The notes under the pieces are model-generated. The model was not told the origin of the DNA. It ran no database searches and saw only the letters and a program-made list of their open reading frames with translations. From positions 96,001 through 160,000 of the forward strand of contig OZ244188.1 in NCBI GenBank assembly GCA_965216635.1: DNA of 64,000 nucleotides, in the 5' to 3' direction. Shown here one piece after another: positions 21,886 through 30,783 of this stretch (the first letter of the stretch is position 1; each line of letters begins with the position of its first letter). Position numbers and translations under genes: made by a program. Origin of the DNA: a bacterium (GTDB taxonomy: Bacteria > SAR324 > XYD2-FULL-50-16 > G965216635).

Positions 21886-22170
21886 CTAAGCAGCTAAATC
21901 CGTTTTATTTTTAAGCTGGTTTGCCATCTGAGATTTTTTCTTAGAAGCCGAATTTTTACTGATAATCCCTTTTGTTCTAGCTTTGTCAATGATTTTGTGG
22001 ATAAAAGATAATTGTTGTTGTAGCTCCTTTACTTCCTTATTTTTTTTGTCAGAAACAAACTCTAGAAATTTATTCAACTCGGTTTTATATCTAGATCTCA
22101 CCATCCGATTTCGTAAATTTTTCTTTCTATTTTGTCTAATCCTTTTTATTGCCGATATATGATTTGCCAT
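21886..22170 (-). CDS. rpsT: 30S ribosomal protein S20
   Basis: MANHISAIKRIRQN...RN..., IDKA..KGII.KNSASKKKS. Confidence 0.93.
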   Translation of the reverse strand: MANHISAIKRIRQNRKKNLRNRMVRSRYKTELNKFLEFVSDKKNKEVKELQQQLSFIHKIIDKARTKGIISKNSASKKKSQMANQLKNKTDLAA

Positions 22171-22183
22171 ATTAATTTATTTG

Positions 22184-22546
22184 TCAAGTTAGAGAAAAAA
22201 TATTTTTATAATGTTTAACAGAAAACCAAAAAAATATTTTTTCTACAGTTAAAACATCTATTCTCAAATTTTTTCCAAAAAGTTTTTTTGTTACAATATA
22301 ATAGTTTGCTAATTTTCTAATTTTGTTCCTTTTCTTGGAGTCTATAGAAGTCAAAGGATGCCAATCTCCTTTTTTATATCGAGATTTCACTTCTACAATA
22401 ACAAAAGTTTGATTTTTTTTAGCAATAATGTCTAATTCCCCAAAAGAAGTTCTAAAATTTTTCTCTATTATAAGATAACCCCGCAAAACTAAATACCCAC
22501 AGGCAATCCATTCTGCCAACCAACCTTTCTTTTTTTTAGCTAACAA
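22184..22546 (-). CDS. yraN: YraN family (UPF0102) endonuclease-like protein
   Basis: G..AE..A..YL..GY.I...NFR...GELDIIA...VEVKSR. Confidence 0.88.
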   Translation of the reverse strand: MLAKKKKGWLAEWIACGYLVLRGYLIIEKNFRTSFGELDIIAKKNQTFVIVEVKSRYKKGDWHPLTSIDSKKRNKIRKLANYYIVTKKLFGKNLRIDVLTVEKIFFWFSVKHYKNIFSLT

Positions 22547-22552
22547 TGCTCT

Positions 22553-22906
22553 TTAATCAATTTTATCTGCCAAACGAGCAGATTTTCCAGAAAGTTTATT
22601 GAGATAGTAAAGTTTTGCTCGCCTGACAACACCTCTCTTCAATATTTTAATGCTATCAATATTAGGGGAATGTGTGGGAAACTTTCTCTCCACTACAAAC
22701 CCACGGTTTTCTCTGCGGACAGTAAAAGTGCCATTCAAATTATTAAAACCTCTATGAATAGCGATAACTACGCCAACAAAAGGTTGAACTCTTTGTTTTT
22801 CTCCTTCTACTATGCGATAATTCACCTGCACGGTATTACCTACTTCAAATTTTAGTAGATCCTCTCTAATCAATTTTTTTGAAAAATTTTGTAATATTGG
22901 GTTCAT
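22553..22906 (-). CDS. rplS: 50S ribosomal protein L19 (start moved to ATG 22906)
   Basis: IVEGEKQRVQPFVGVVI, VERKFPTHSP, GVVRRAKLYYL. Confidence 0.95.
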   Translation of the reverse strand: MNPILQNFSKKLIREDLLKFEVGNTVQVNYRIVEGEKQRVQPFVGVVIAIHRGFNNLNGTFTVRRENRGFVVERKFPTHSPNIDSIKILKRGVVRRAKLYYLNKLSGKSARLADKID

Positions 22907-22922
22907 TTTAAATAATATTTTT

Positions 22923-23570
22923 TTAGTTAGAACTAGATTTAACAGTTTTTTTCTCCCAACCTTTAATTTTTTCGTGATAACCACTACACAAGACTTCAGG
23001 CACCTTATAATTCATAAATTCACGAGGTCGGGTGTATTTATCTGCTTCTAAAAGTTTTTTTTGGTGTGATTCGTTTTCTAGCGATTCCTCATTGCCAATC
23101 ACTCCTTTAATTCTACGAGCAATCGTCTCTAGCAAAACCATAGCTGCTACTTCTCCGCCAGAAAGTACATAGTCTCCTATACTTAAACTCTCATCTACAA
23201 AATAAGATATTCTTTTATCAAAGCCTTGATATCTACCGCAAATCAAAGTCAAAGAAGATTTTTTTGCTAATTCTACAACTTTATCGTGATGGTATTTTTC
23301 TCCCTTCGGATCTAGCAAAATACTGTGGCTTTTGTCGTATTTTTCTTTTATATGCTCCAATGCAAAAAAAACAGGCTCGGGCTTTAAAAGCATTCCTTTA
23401 GCTCCACCAAAAGGCTTGTCGTCTACTCTTCTATGTTTTCCTAATCCAAAATCTCTTAAATTATGTAGAAATAACTTTAATTTACCATCATTCAAGGCTT
23501 TTCCTATAAGACTACAACTTGTAAAAGATTCAAAAATCTGTGGAAAAAGACTGATAATATGAAAATTCAC
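22923..23570 (-). CDS. trmD: tRNA (guanine-N1)-methyltransferase
   Basis: VDDKPFGGAKGML, LICGRYQGFDKR, SIGDYVLSGGE, VPEVLCSGYH. Confidence 0.96.
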   Translation of the reverse strand: MNFHIISLFPQIFESFTSCSLIGKALNDGKLKLFLHNLRDFGLGKHRRVDDKPFGGAKGMLLKPEPVFFALEHIKEKYDKSHSILLDPKGEKYHHDKVVELAKKSSLTLICGRYQGFDKRISYFVDESLSIGDYVLSGGEVAAMVLLETIARRIKGVIGNEESLENESHQKKLLEADKYTRPREFMNYKVPEVLCSGYHEKIKGWEKKTVKSSSN

Positions 23571-24101
23571 TTACTCTTCTAAAAGTTCAACTACTAAAAG
23601 TTTTTTTTCTTTGTTTATTTTCAGTAAAACTTGCTCTATTACAGGAAACAGAAATTTTTTTTGAGACGCAGAATCTTTTTCAGGAAAAACCTCACAAACA
23701 CCGTTTGCTCCGTTATGAAAAAAATCAACTACTTTACCCAAATGCTCTCCTTTGACATTCACAACTTGACTGCCCACCAAATCATCTACTAAAATTTCGT
23801 TCTCTTGTAAAGCGGCACGGTTGTTTTCTGGAACAAAAAAATATTTTCTCAGCAAAGCGCTAGCTTTCTCCACCGTATCTATCCCTTGCAAAAGAAACAG
23901 AAAAAAATTCTTAAAAATCCTAGCCTCTACTAATTTATACTCTATTGTTTTTTCTTCCTCTTCCCCTACCCAAACCGATGACAAGCTACAATAATGTTGC
24001 ATGCAATAACTTTCGGTATAAGGATAAATTTTTAACTCTCCCCTTAGACCTCTGGTTTTGATAATCTGTCCTATTTTAACCAATGGTGCCTGAGAAAACA
24101 C
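23571..24101 (-). CDS. rimM: Ribosome maturation factor RimM (likely GTG start near 24101)
   Basis: IGQIIKTRGLRGELKI, DDLVGSQV...LGKV....NGAN; lies between rpsP and trmD. Confidence 0.9.
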   Translation of the reverse strand: MFSQAPLVKIGQIIKTRGLRGELKIYPYTESYCMQHYCSLSSVWVGEEEEKTIEYKLVEARIFKNFFLFLLQGIDTVEKASALLRKYFFVPENNRAALQENEILVDDLVGSQVVNVKGEHLGKVVDFFHNGANGVCEVFPEKDSASQKKFLFPVIEQVLLKINKEKKLLVVELLEE

Positions 24102-24117
24102 ACAAATTTCCAGTAAA

Positions 24118-24381
24118 TTAATTTTTGGATTTTTCCTTTTCCACAAGATTGGATTTTTCCTTTTCCACAAGAAAAGAAACTCTTTTGGATGGGAGGGCTC
24201 CATAATCCAGCCACTTTTTTAATAATTCTTTATCAATAGAAAAATCCTTTTTAAAAGGGTCGTAAGTTCCTATTTTATCTAAAAATCTTCCATCTCTTTT
24301 TGCCCTTTTATCCACAGCAACTATGGAATAAAATGGTTTTTTTTTTCGTCCTCTACGGGACATTCTTATTACAACTGACAC
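24118..24381 (-). CDS. rpsP: 30S ribosomal protein S16
   Basis: IRMSRRGRKKKPFYSIVAVDKRAKRDGRFLDKIGTYDP; C-terminal 24-bp duplication (LVEKEKS x2). Confidence 0.96.
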   Translation of the reverse strand: MSVVIRMSRRGRKKKPFYSIVAVDKRAKRDGRFLDKIGTYDPFKKDFSIDKELLKKWLDYGALPSKRVSFLVEKEKSNLVEKEKSKN

Positions 24382-24560
24382 AGTACTAAACTAAAAAATT
24401 TATTTTTACAAAAAATTCAACTACCTATTAAGTCTATAGTATATTAGAAAAAAAATAAAAAGTCAAATAGGTATTAAAACATTTAAATTTTTAGACCAAT
24501 GCAAATTCAAAAGTCTAAATTTGTGTTTTTTTGGGGGTTATACAGCATTAAAAATTTTGA

Positions 24561-25106
24561 TTATTTTCCCTTAATGAATAAATTATTCTTATAATAACGA
24601 AATTCTGCTATGGTTTCCCTAATATCAACCAAAGCGTCGTGTTCAAAAGATTTTTGAAAAGGCTCAACAAAAGGAAAATTGATTTCCTTTAAAATTTTAA
24701 AACTAGAAATATCCAAACTACGGTAATGAACGGATTCTGAAAATTCAGGCATATATTCGTACAAAAACCTTCTATCTTGTAAGATGGTATTGCCGCACAA
24801 GGGAGACTCCTTCTTCACTGTATATTTCAAAACATAGTCAATACAAAGCTGCTCCACATCCCTTAATTTCAAAGGAGAATTCAAACATTTTTCTACCAAG
24901 CCACTTTCCCCGTGTTGTTTTTTATTCCATTCATCCATTTTGTCAAAAACCTGCTTAGGCTGATTTACAATAAAATTGACACCTTGGTGAAGCTCGTTAA
25001 GATTTTTATCAGTAATAATAATAGCTATTTGTAAAATAGCACTAGATTTTACCTCTAACCCTGACATTTCCATGTCTAGCCAAATCAGCTTTGTATTGAC
25101 ATCCAT
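24561..25106 (-). CDS. orn: Oligoribonuclease
   Basis: LIWLDMEMSGL, H..SGL, PLCGNTI..DRRFL, HYRSLDISS, HDALVDIRETIAE. Confidence 0.95.
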   Translation of the reverse strand: MDVNTKLIWLDMEMSGLEVKSSAILQIAIIITDKNLNELHQGVNFIVNQPKQVFDKMDEWNKKQHGESGLVEKCLNSPLKLRDVEQLCIDYVLKYTVKKESPLCGNTILQDRRFLYEYMPEFSESVHYRSLDISSFKILKEINFPFVEPFQKSFEHDALVDIRETIAEFRYYKNNLFIKGK

Positions 25107-25150
25107 TTTTCTATTGGTACAATAATTGTTTTCTAAAAAAAAATATATTT

Positions 25151-25307
25151 TAAGCCTTTAAATTTTGCTGCTGTGACGGCTAGCCAAATAGTTAGAACAG
25201 GTGCAAAAAAATTTTTTAGCTCGTAGGAATGTATAAGTATTTCAAGAGTTAAAAATTTTTTCAACGTTTGTTTTGGCTAAACGGTGGTAAGCAAATTCAA
25301 AAGTCTA
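25151..25307 (+). mobile_element. MITE-like repeat, short form
   Basis: GTGACGGCTAGCCAAATAGTTAGAACAGGTGC module; ends GCAAATTCAAAAGTCTA. Confidence 0.8.
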
Positions 25308-25373
25308 GTTTATTTGCGAGAACTACCGTTGCCGCGTAACATATAAGACAACCGTCCCTATCTTTGCTTCCAA

Positions 25374-26615
25374 TCAGCGAATTTTAAAATAAATCAAAAA
25401 AGCAATAACTAAAAACCAAATTGCTTTTATATGATTTTGCCAAATAACTTTAGAATTGATTTTTTCTTTGTTGTAATTTTTATAAAATTGGTATTTGGGA
25501 ACAAGTTTGAGCTTTTCTAGCCAACTGTGATAAACAGAACGAATATCTTTTTCTTGAAAAGACATAGCAGCTTGCTGATGGTGATGATAGGGGGCTTTAT
25601 AAAAAAAACGGTTTTTCTTGGCGTATTCTCTGCCCTTGATTTTAAGAACTATAAAAAACCACAATCTTTGCACTATCACACTAAAAGCTGCAATTACAAA
25701 AGTACCCCCCACTATGGGTAAAAAAAGCTCTGCTTTAGCAAATAAAAATAGAGCGCTAATAGAAGCTCCTAGACCCAAAGAACCAATATCTCCCATGTAA
25801 ATATAGGCGGGCGGAGAATTATATTTTAAAAAGGCAATAACTCCACCTACTACAATAATACTGAAAATGCTTAATTCTTTTAAGTCTTCGGAAATAAAAA
25901 CAATTTTTAATTTTTCGCTCCACTCCATATCTCCAGCAATATAAGACACAGAACCTATAAAAATAAGGGTGTTGATAATAGGGAGACTAACCAGAGAATC
26001 TAAACCGTCCAGCAAATTGACTGCGTTGGCACAGCCTACAACAATAAAAATAGCCATCAAAAAATAAACCCATTCGGAAACATTAGGATGCCAGTTTTTG
26101 ATAGGCACCATAGGTATCTGCAAGTCAAAACCAGGTATTCGGTAAAAATAGATAGTAATACCCAAAATGCTTACAGTGATCACAATTTCTAAAATAATGC
26201 GGAGTTTGGCGCTAATACCATCGGATTTTTCACTATAATCTTTTTTTTTGAGAATACCACTTCGTATTTTTTTGTTGTTTTGAATTTTCATACAATCATC
26301 GCTTAAACCTATCAAACCAAAACACACCAAAAAAGTAATACTGCTTATCACATAAACATTCGTCCAAGCCCAAAGAAAAGTGGAAATAACTAAAGAAAAA
26401 ATAATTACAGCCCCCCCCATAATAGGAACTTGGGAAGAAGCTTTAGAACTATCTGCTAAGTCAGAAACATATTCCTTCTTATACATATAAACAATGAAAG
26501 GAGGCATCAAAATACTAGTCAAAAAATAAGAGGTCAAAAAACCCATAGACGCCCTAAAAAAAACGGATTGGAAAATTTGATAGGCATAAAGCTCGTAGAG
26601 TAGTTTGGCTAGCAT
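25374..26615 (-). CDS. mraY: Phospho-N-acetylmuramoyl-pentapeptide transferase
   Basis: VPIMGG, IGLSDD, NAVNLLDGLD, IYMGDIGSLGLG, APYHHH. Confidence 0.9.
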   Translation of the reverse strand: MLAKLLYELYAYQIFQSVFFRASMGFLTSYFLTSILMPPFIVYMYKKEYVSDLADSSKASSQVPIMGGAVIIFSLVISTFLWAWTNVYVISSITFLVCFGLIGLSDDCMKIQNNKKIRSGILKKKDYSEKSDGISAKLRIILEIVITVSILGITIYFYRIPGFDLQIPMVPIKNWHPNVSEWVYFLMAIFIVVGCANAVNLLDGLDSLVSLPIINTLIFIGSVSYIAGDMEWSEKLKIVFISEDLKELSIFSIIVVGGVIAFLKYNSPPAYIYMGDIGSLGLGASISALFLFAKAELFLPIVGGTFVIAAFSVIVQRLWFFIVLKIKGREYAKKNRFFYKAPYHHHQQAAMSFQEKDIRSVYHSWLEKLKLVPKYQFYKNYNKEKINSKVIWQNHIKAIWFLVIAFLIYFKIR

Positions 26616-26936
26616 TAAAAATTATGTTGTTTTAATAATTGTTGAAAAGATGATTTTGTTTTTTTCTTGTATTTTTTTCTTATTTTACCCAGTTTGAGCG
26701 TGTTTGTCTACTAAAATTTTGAAAAAGTTTTAGATAATATTTATTGTCTTGCTTTTTAAAAGACTATGGATAACTATTGGAGTTTATGGGATAAAATTGG
26801 TTAAAGACTGTTGCATAGTCTCTTAAAAAGAGAGATACTATATAATTGGATAGATTTTTAATTTTTTTTTAAAAAAATATTTGAAAAAATATTTGACTTA
26901 AAAAAATATTCATTGAAAACTATGAATTATAGTCAG

Positions 26937-27009
26937 TGGGACGTAGCCAAGTCGGTAAGGCAACGGGTTTTGATCCCGTCATGCGTAGGTTCGAGTCCTA
27001 CCGTCCCAG
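26937..27009 (+). tRNA. tRNA-Gln (TTG)
   Basis: Acceptor TGGGACG/CGTCCCA, anticodon arm ACGGG-TTTTGAT-CCCGT, GTTCGAGTC T-loop; CCA not encoded. Confidence 0.95.
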
Positions 27010-27034
27010 ATAATAGTTTTTGAAAAAAAACAAT

Positions 27035-27110
<76 letters not shown>

Positions 27111-27129
27111 CTTGCTGAAAGAAAAACAA

Positions 27130-27203
<74 letters not shown>

Positions 27204-27222
27204 CCCTCCTAATCGCTTTAGA

Positions 27223-28047
27223 ATGGTAGAAAAAAATACATTAGAAGAATCTTTACGCAATCATTTTTTTTTTATTGTAGGTCCTTGTGTGATTGAATCC
27301 GAAGAACTACTTACAACCTGTGCTAAAGAAATTCAAAAACTCCAAAAAAAATACAAGGTTCCTTTTGTATTTAAGTCTTCTTTTGATAAAGCCAATCGCT
27401 CGTCTATTGATTCTTATAGAGGTATGGGTATTCAAAAAGGCTTGTCTTTCTTAAAAAAAATCAAAAAATTTTTTTCGCTGCCTATTACTACAGATGTTCA
27501 CGAAACTCACCAAGTTGACGAGGTCGCCGAAGTGGCAGACATTATTCAAATTCCCGCTTTTTTATGTCGCCAAACAGATTTGATTGTGCAGGCTGCTAAA
27601 ACAGGTAAAATCATCAGTGTCAAAAAGGGACAGTTTCTCGCTGTAGCTGATCTGGAAAATATTTTAAGAAAAATTAGAACTCAAAATAAACATCTAGTTT
27701 TGTTTTTGGAAAGGGGTAGTAGTTTTGGCTATCAAAATTTGGTTGTAGATTTTACTAATTTGATAGAAATGAAAAAATATAAGGAATCTGTGGTGATGGA
27801 TATTACTCACGCCACACAAAAAACAGGAAAAACTCTCGCTCAATCGGGCGTGCTTTCTCAATACGCTCCTTATTTCGGATACGCTGCCGCTGCCTGCGGA
27901 GCACAAGGCATTTTTATGGAAGTGCATCCTAACCCTGCAAAAGCTTTATCCGATGCTGCAAATTGCATCCCTTTAGGTGGTTTAGATAAATTAGTAGGGG
28001 ATATACTTTCTTTCCACAAGCTATACAAAAATATAGGAGGAATTTAG
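27223..28047 (+). CDS. kdsA: 3-deoxy-8-phosphooctulonate (KDO8P) synthase
   Basis: GPCVIESE, FKSSFDKANRSS, QIPAFLCRQTDL, KKGQF, ERGSSFGY, EVHPNP..ALSD. Confidence 0.97.
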   Translation: MVEKNTLEESLRNHFFFIVGPCVIESEELLTTCAKEIQKLQKKYKVPFVFKSSFDKANRSSIDSYRGMGIQKGLSFLKKIKKFFSLPITTDVHETHQVDEVAEVADIIQIPAFLCRQTDLIVQAAKTGKIISVKKGQFLAVADLENILRKIRTQNKHLVLFLERGSSFGYQNLVVDFTNLIEMKKYKESVVMDITHATQKTGKTLAQSGVLSQYAPYFGYAAAACGAQGIFMEVHPNPAKALSDAANCIPLGGLDKLVGDILSFHKLYKNIGGI

Positions 28048-28174
28048 CAAGAATGAGTTGGTAAACTCCTAAAAGTAAAATTAAACAGAAACCTAATCAA
28101 TACGAAAAAGAATCAATAAAAACTAGGTTTTTTTACTAAAGTTTGTATAAAATAAGATGCCCAATATACGCAAC

Positions 28175-28216
28175 AAGCCTTTTAGCCAAAACCAGATAAG
28201 CTAATGCAAAGGTCTC
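28175..28216. repeat. Isolated right end of the MITE-like repeat just upstream of the permease
   Basis: TTTAGCCAAAAC...GCTAATGCAAAGGTCTC. Confidence 0.5.
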
Positions 28217-28223
28217 TAAAAAT

Positions 28224-29228
28224 ATGAGATATTACATAATCAAACGACTACTCCTTTCCATTCCTACCCTTTTTGGCATTACCATTTTAACTTTTCTTAT
28301 TACCCGTTTTGTGCCGGGAGGTCCCTTGGAGCAATTACTCTCTGAATTAAAATTTTCTGAAACAGAGCAGCAAATCAGTTATGAGGGTTTAGTAGAAGAA
28401 GATTTAGCCTATCTAAAAGAGCTTTACGGACTAGATAAAAATTGGTTTGTAGCCTATTGGGATTGGCTGAAAAAAATAATCGTTTTTGATTTTGGTGATT
28501 CTTATCGTTACAACGAGCCTGTGCGTGCGCTAATTTTTGAGAGACTTCCTATAGCCATCTATTATGGGTTAGTCACAACAATATTACCTTATCTGGTCTG
28601 CATTCCTTTAGGTGTTTTTAAGGCTCTAAAAAACCGTTCGTTCTTTGACAATAGCACTTCTGTAGCTATTTTTATAGGTTACACTATTCCTTCATTTGTA
28701 TTAGGATTACTACTTATTTTATTTTTTGCGAGTTATCTGGATTGGTTTCCATTGCAAGGATTTACGAGTGATGAATTTACAGAAAAAGGGCTTTTTGCCA
28801 AAATGGGGGATATTCTTTACCACTCTATTTTACCTCTAATTTGTTACACCGTAGGATCTTTTGCAACAATGACCGTGCTAGTCAAAAATTCGCTTTTGGA
28901 AAATCTCAACCAAGATTATGTCCGCACTGCCTACGCTAAAGGATTAAAAAGAAGGACGGTGATTTTTAAGCACGCACTCCGAAATTCTTTGGTGCCACTG
29001 GCAGCGAGTTTTGGCAATAATATCAGCTTAGTTTTTACAGGGGCTTTTCTTATTGAAACCATTTTTAATATCAATGGCATTGGTTTATTGGGTTTTGAAT
29101 CTGTGCAACAAAGAGATTATCCAGTTGCTTTAGGGATTGTTTTTATAGGAGGTATTTTATTTTTGATAGGAAATTTACTATCGGATATTTGTTTGGCTAT
29201 AGTTGATCCCAGGATTCAATTTCAATAG
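28224..29228 (+). CDS. Peptide ABC transporter permease (YejB/DppB-like)
   Basis: RLLLSIPTLFGI...PGGP, FDFGDSY, EAA loop YVRTAYAKGL, IETIFNINGIG, RDYP, DPRIQF. Confidence 0.92.
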   Translation: MRYYIIKRLLLSIPTLFGITILTFLITRFVPGGPLEQLLSELKFSETEQQISYEGLVEEDLAYLKELYGLDKNWFVAYWDWLKKIIVFDFGDSYRYNEPVRALIFERLPIAIYYGLVTTILPYLVCIPLGVFKALKNRSFFDNSTSVAIFIGYTIPSFVLGLLLILFFASYLDWFPLQGFTSDEFTEKGLFAKMGDILYHSILPLICYTVGSFATMTVLVKNSLLENLNQDYVRTAYAKGLKRRTVIFKHALRNSLVPLAASFGNNISLVFTGAFLIETIFNINGIGLLGFESVQQRDYPVALGIVFIGGILFLIGNLLSDICLAIVDPRIQFQ

Positions 29229-29284
29229 CCAGATATATTAGCCAGATAGCTTAGCCAGATATATTAGCCAGATAGCTTCTAGCC
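29226..29284 (+). repeat. 13-bp tandem repeat x4 starting at the permease stop codon
   Basis: Alternating TAGCCAGATATAT / TAGCCAGATAGCT. Confidence 0.8.
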
Positions 29285-29366
29285 TTATAAAGTAAAATTC
29301 CCAAACTCTTTAATCTCTGCTGTGTTTACAATTCTTATAGAAATTTTTTAAGAATTATAAATTTTA

Positions 29367-29488
29367 GAGACCTTTGAATTAGCTTACCACCGTTTAGCCA
29401 AAGCAATCGTATTTTTTTTGCACTTTTCTAGCCGTTTGGCTAGCCGTCCCAGCTAGTTTTGTCCTATTTGGCAAATTCAAAGGTTTCT
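29367..29488 (-). mobile_element. MITE-like repeat, short form
   Basis: GAGACCTTTGAATTAGC ... GGCAAATTCAAAGGTTTC. Confidence 0.78.
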
Positions 29489-29495
29489 CTTAAAC

Positions 29496-30290
29496 TTAAA
29501 AACTTTGGTACATTTGAATTCTAGTTGAGAATCCATCGTTAAATAAAAGGCTTCCGTTTAAAGTGCTGTTGTATTTTTTATTTTTAGTGGTAAAGCCAAT
29601 TTCACCACTATTTACAGAACTACTACCATTAACATCTTTCAAAACATTGGTTCTATTAAAATTCAAACGAAGTCCGCTGCGGTGTTTTAGATGAATTTTT
29701 CCAAAATCACTAATATTAGCGTTTGAGTTTGCAGAATCTTTATCTATTGTTAGAGAGCCTCCTAAACTCCATTTTCCTATTTCACGAGAAGTAGAAGTGA
29801 TAATTTTCTGTTTGCCATCTTTGGAGTAGTTGAGAATAAGGTCGCTATTTTTTCCAGCAAATCTAAGATTTAGATTATCACTGTTGCCTGTTATTTTAGC
29901 TATAGGTGTTTCTTCATTTGTGATTATTTTTTTTGCTGAGCGAGTATCAGAAACTAGAGTTTTAACATCTTGCGGTTCCCAATGGACTCTGAGTTGAGTA
30001 GCAACCACCAAGTTATTATTGTTTTCTTTTTTGCTTGTTTCTTGAATCGTATCCTTATCAGAATTTTCTTTTAAAGCATGTTTTTTACTAGCAACCATTC
30101 TTTTTTTATCAGAGTAGAATTTTCTATAACAAATTGTTTCTGCAATTTCTACAGCTTCATAAGCGCTAGCTCCGCCAGCTTTAGCTCTTATCCTTTTTAG
30201 AGCAAAACAATTTTCAAAATTATCCTGCGCCAAAAGATCAGTCAAACTCAAAAGACAACCAACAAAAAGAAGTATTATTGTTTTTTTCAT
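29496..30290 (-). CDS. Hypothetical secreted protein (2-Cys helical N-domain, beta-rich C-domain ending in Phe)
   Basis: Signal peptide MKKTIILL...LLAQ; N-domain similar to that of 30784-32520; C-terminal TRIQMYQSF. Confidence 0.65.
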   Translation of the reverse strand: MKKTIILLFVGCLLSLTDLLAQDNFENCFALKRIRAKAGGASAYEAVEIAETICYRKFYSDKKRMVASKKHALKENSDKDTIQETSKKENNNNLVVATQLRVHWEPQDVKTLVSDTRSAKKIITNEETPIAKITGNSDNLNLRFAGKNSDLILNYSKDGKQKIITSTSREIGKWSLGGSLTIDKDSANSNANISDFGKIHLKHRSGLRLNFNRTNVLKDVNGSSSVNSGEIGFTTKNKKYNSTLNGSLLFNDGFSTRIQMYQSF

Positions 30291-30302
30291 AAATAATTTT
30301 AA

Positions 30303-30671
30303 TAGACTTTTGAATTTGCATTCTGTTTAGCCAAAACAAGCTTATTGCTTTCACTCTATACGGGCTTTAGCAAAAGAGCCAGTGGCTCTTTTGCAGTCTA
30401 TATTGTATTAGCTTTAAGGTTCGTAGTGTTTTTTACTACGGCATTGAAAAATTTTTTTAACTCTTGCCATTTGTAAAGAAATGCTCTCTTATTGCTGAGC
30501 GTAAAATAAGGGTTATAGCAAAAGCTCCACTGGAGCTTTTGCATTTTATTTATACAGGATATTAAATTTTGTATAATTTTTGTTCTACGATATTCCTACG
30601 AGCTAAAAAAATTTTTCGCACCTGTTCTAACCATTTGGCTAGCCGTCACATCAGCGAAATTCAAAGGTCTA
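30303..30671 (-). mobile_element. MITE-like repeat, long composite copy
   Basis: TAGACTTTTGAATTTGC ... GCGAAATTCAAAGGTCTA; two variant internal hairpins at 30370-30394 and 30518-30542. Confidence 0.85.
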
Positions 30672-30674
30672 TTT

Positions 30675-30764
30675 AAGACTTTTGAATTAGTGTTTTCTCC
30701 AAACTATTGCCAAATTGAGAAAATTTTTTGCTTGTGCCTAGCATCACACTAATTCAACAGTCTC
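30675..30764. mobile_element. Minimal MITE-like repeat abutting the previous copy
   Basis: AGACTTTTGAATTAGTG ... CACTAATTCAACAGTCTC. Confidence 0.7.
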
Positions 30765-30783
30765 ATTTCTACTGGTCTCATTA

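Noticed and set aside
23571..24203. Long ORF-track starts for rimM, rplS, xdhA and the 59745 gene
   Set aside because: The extensions overlap upstream genes or precede the conserved N-termini; later starts fit better
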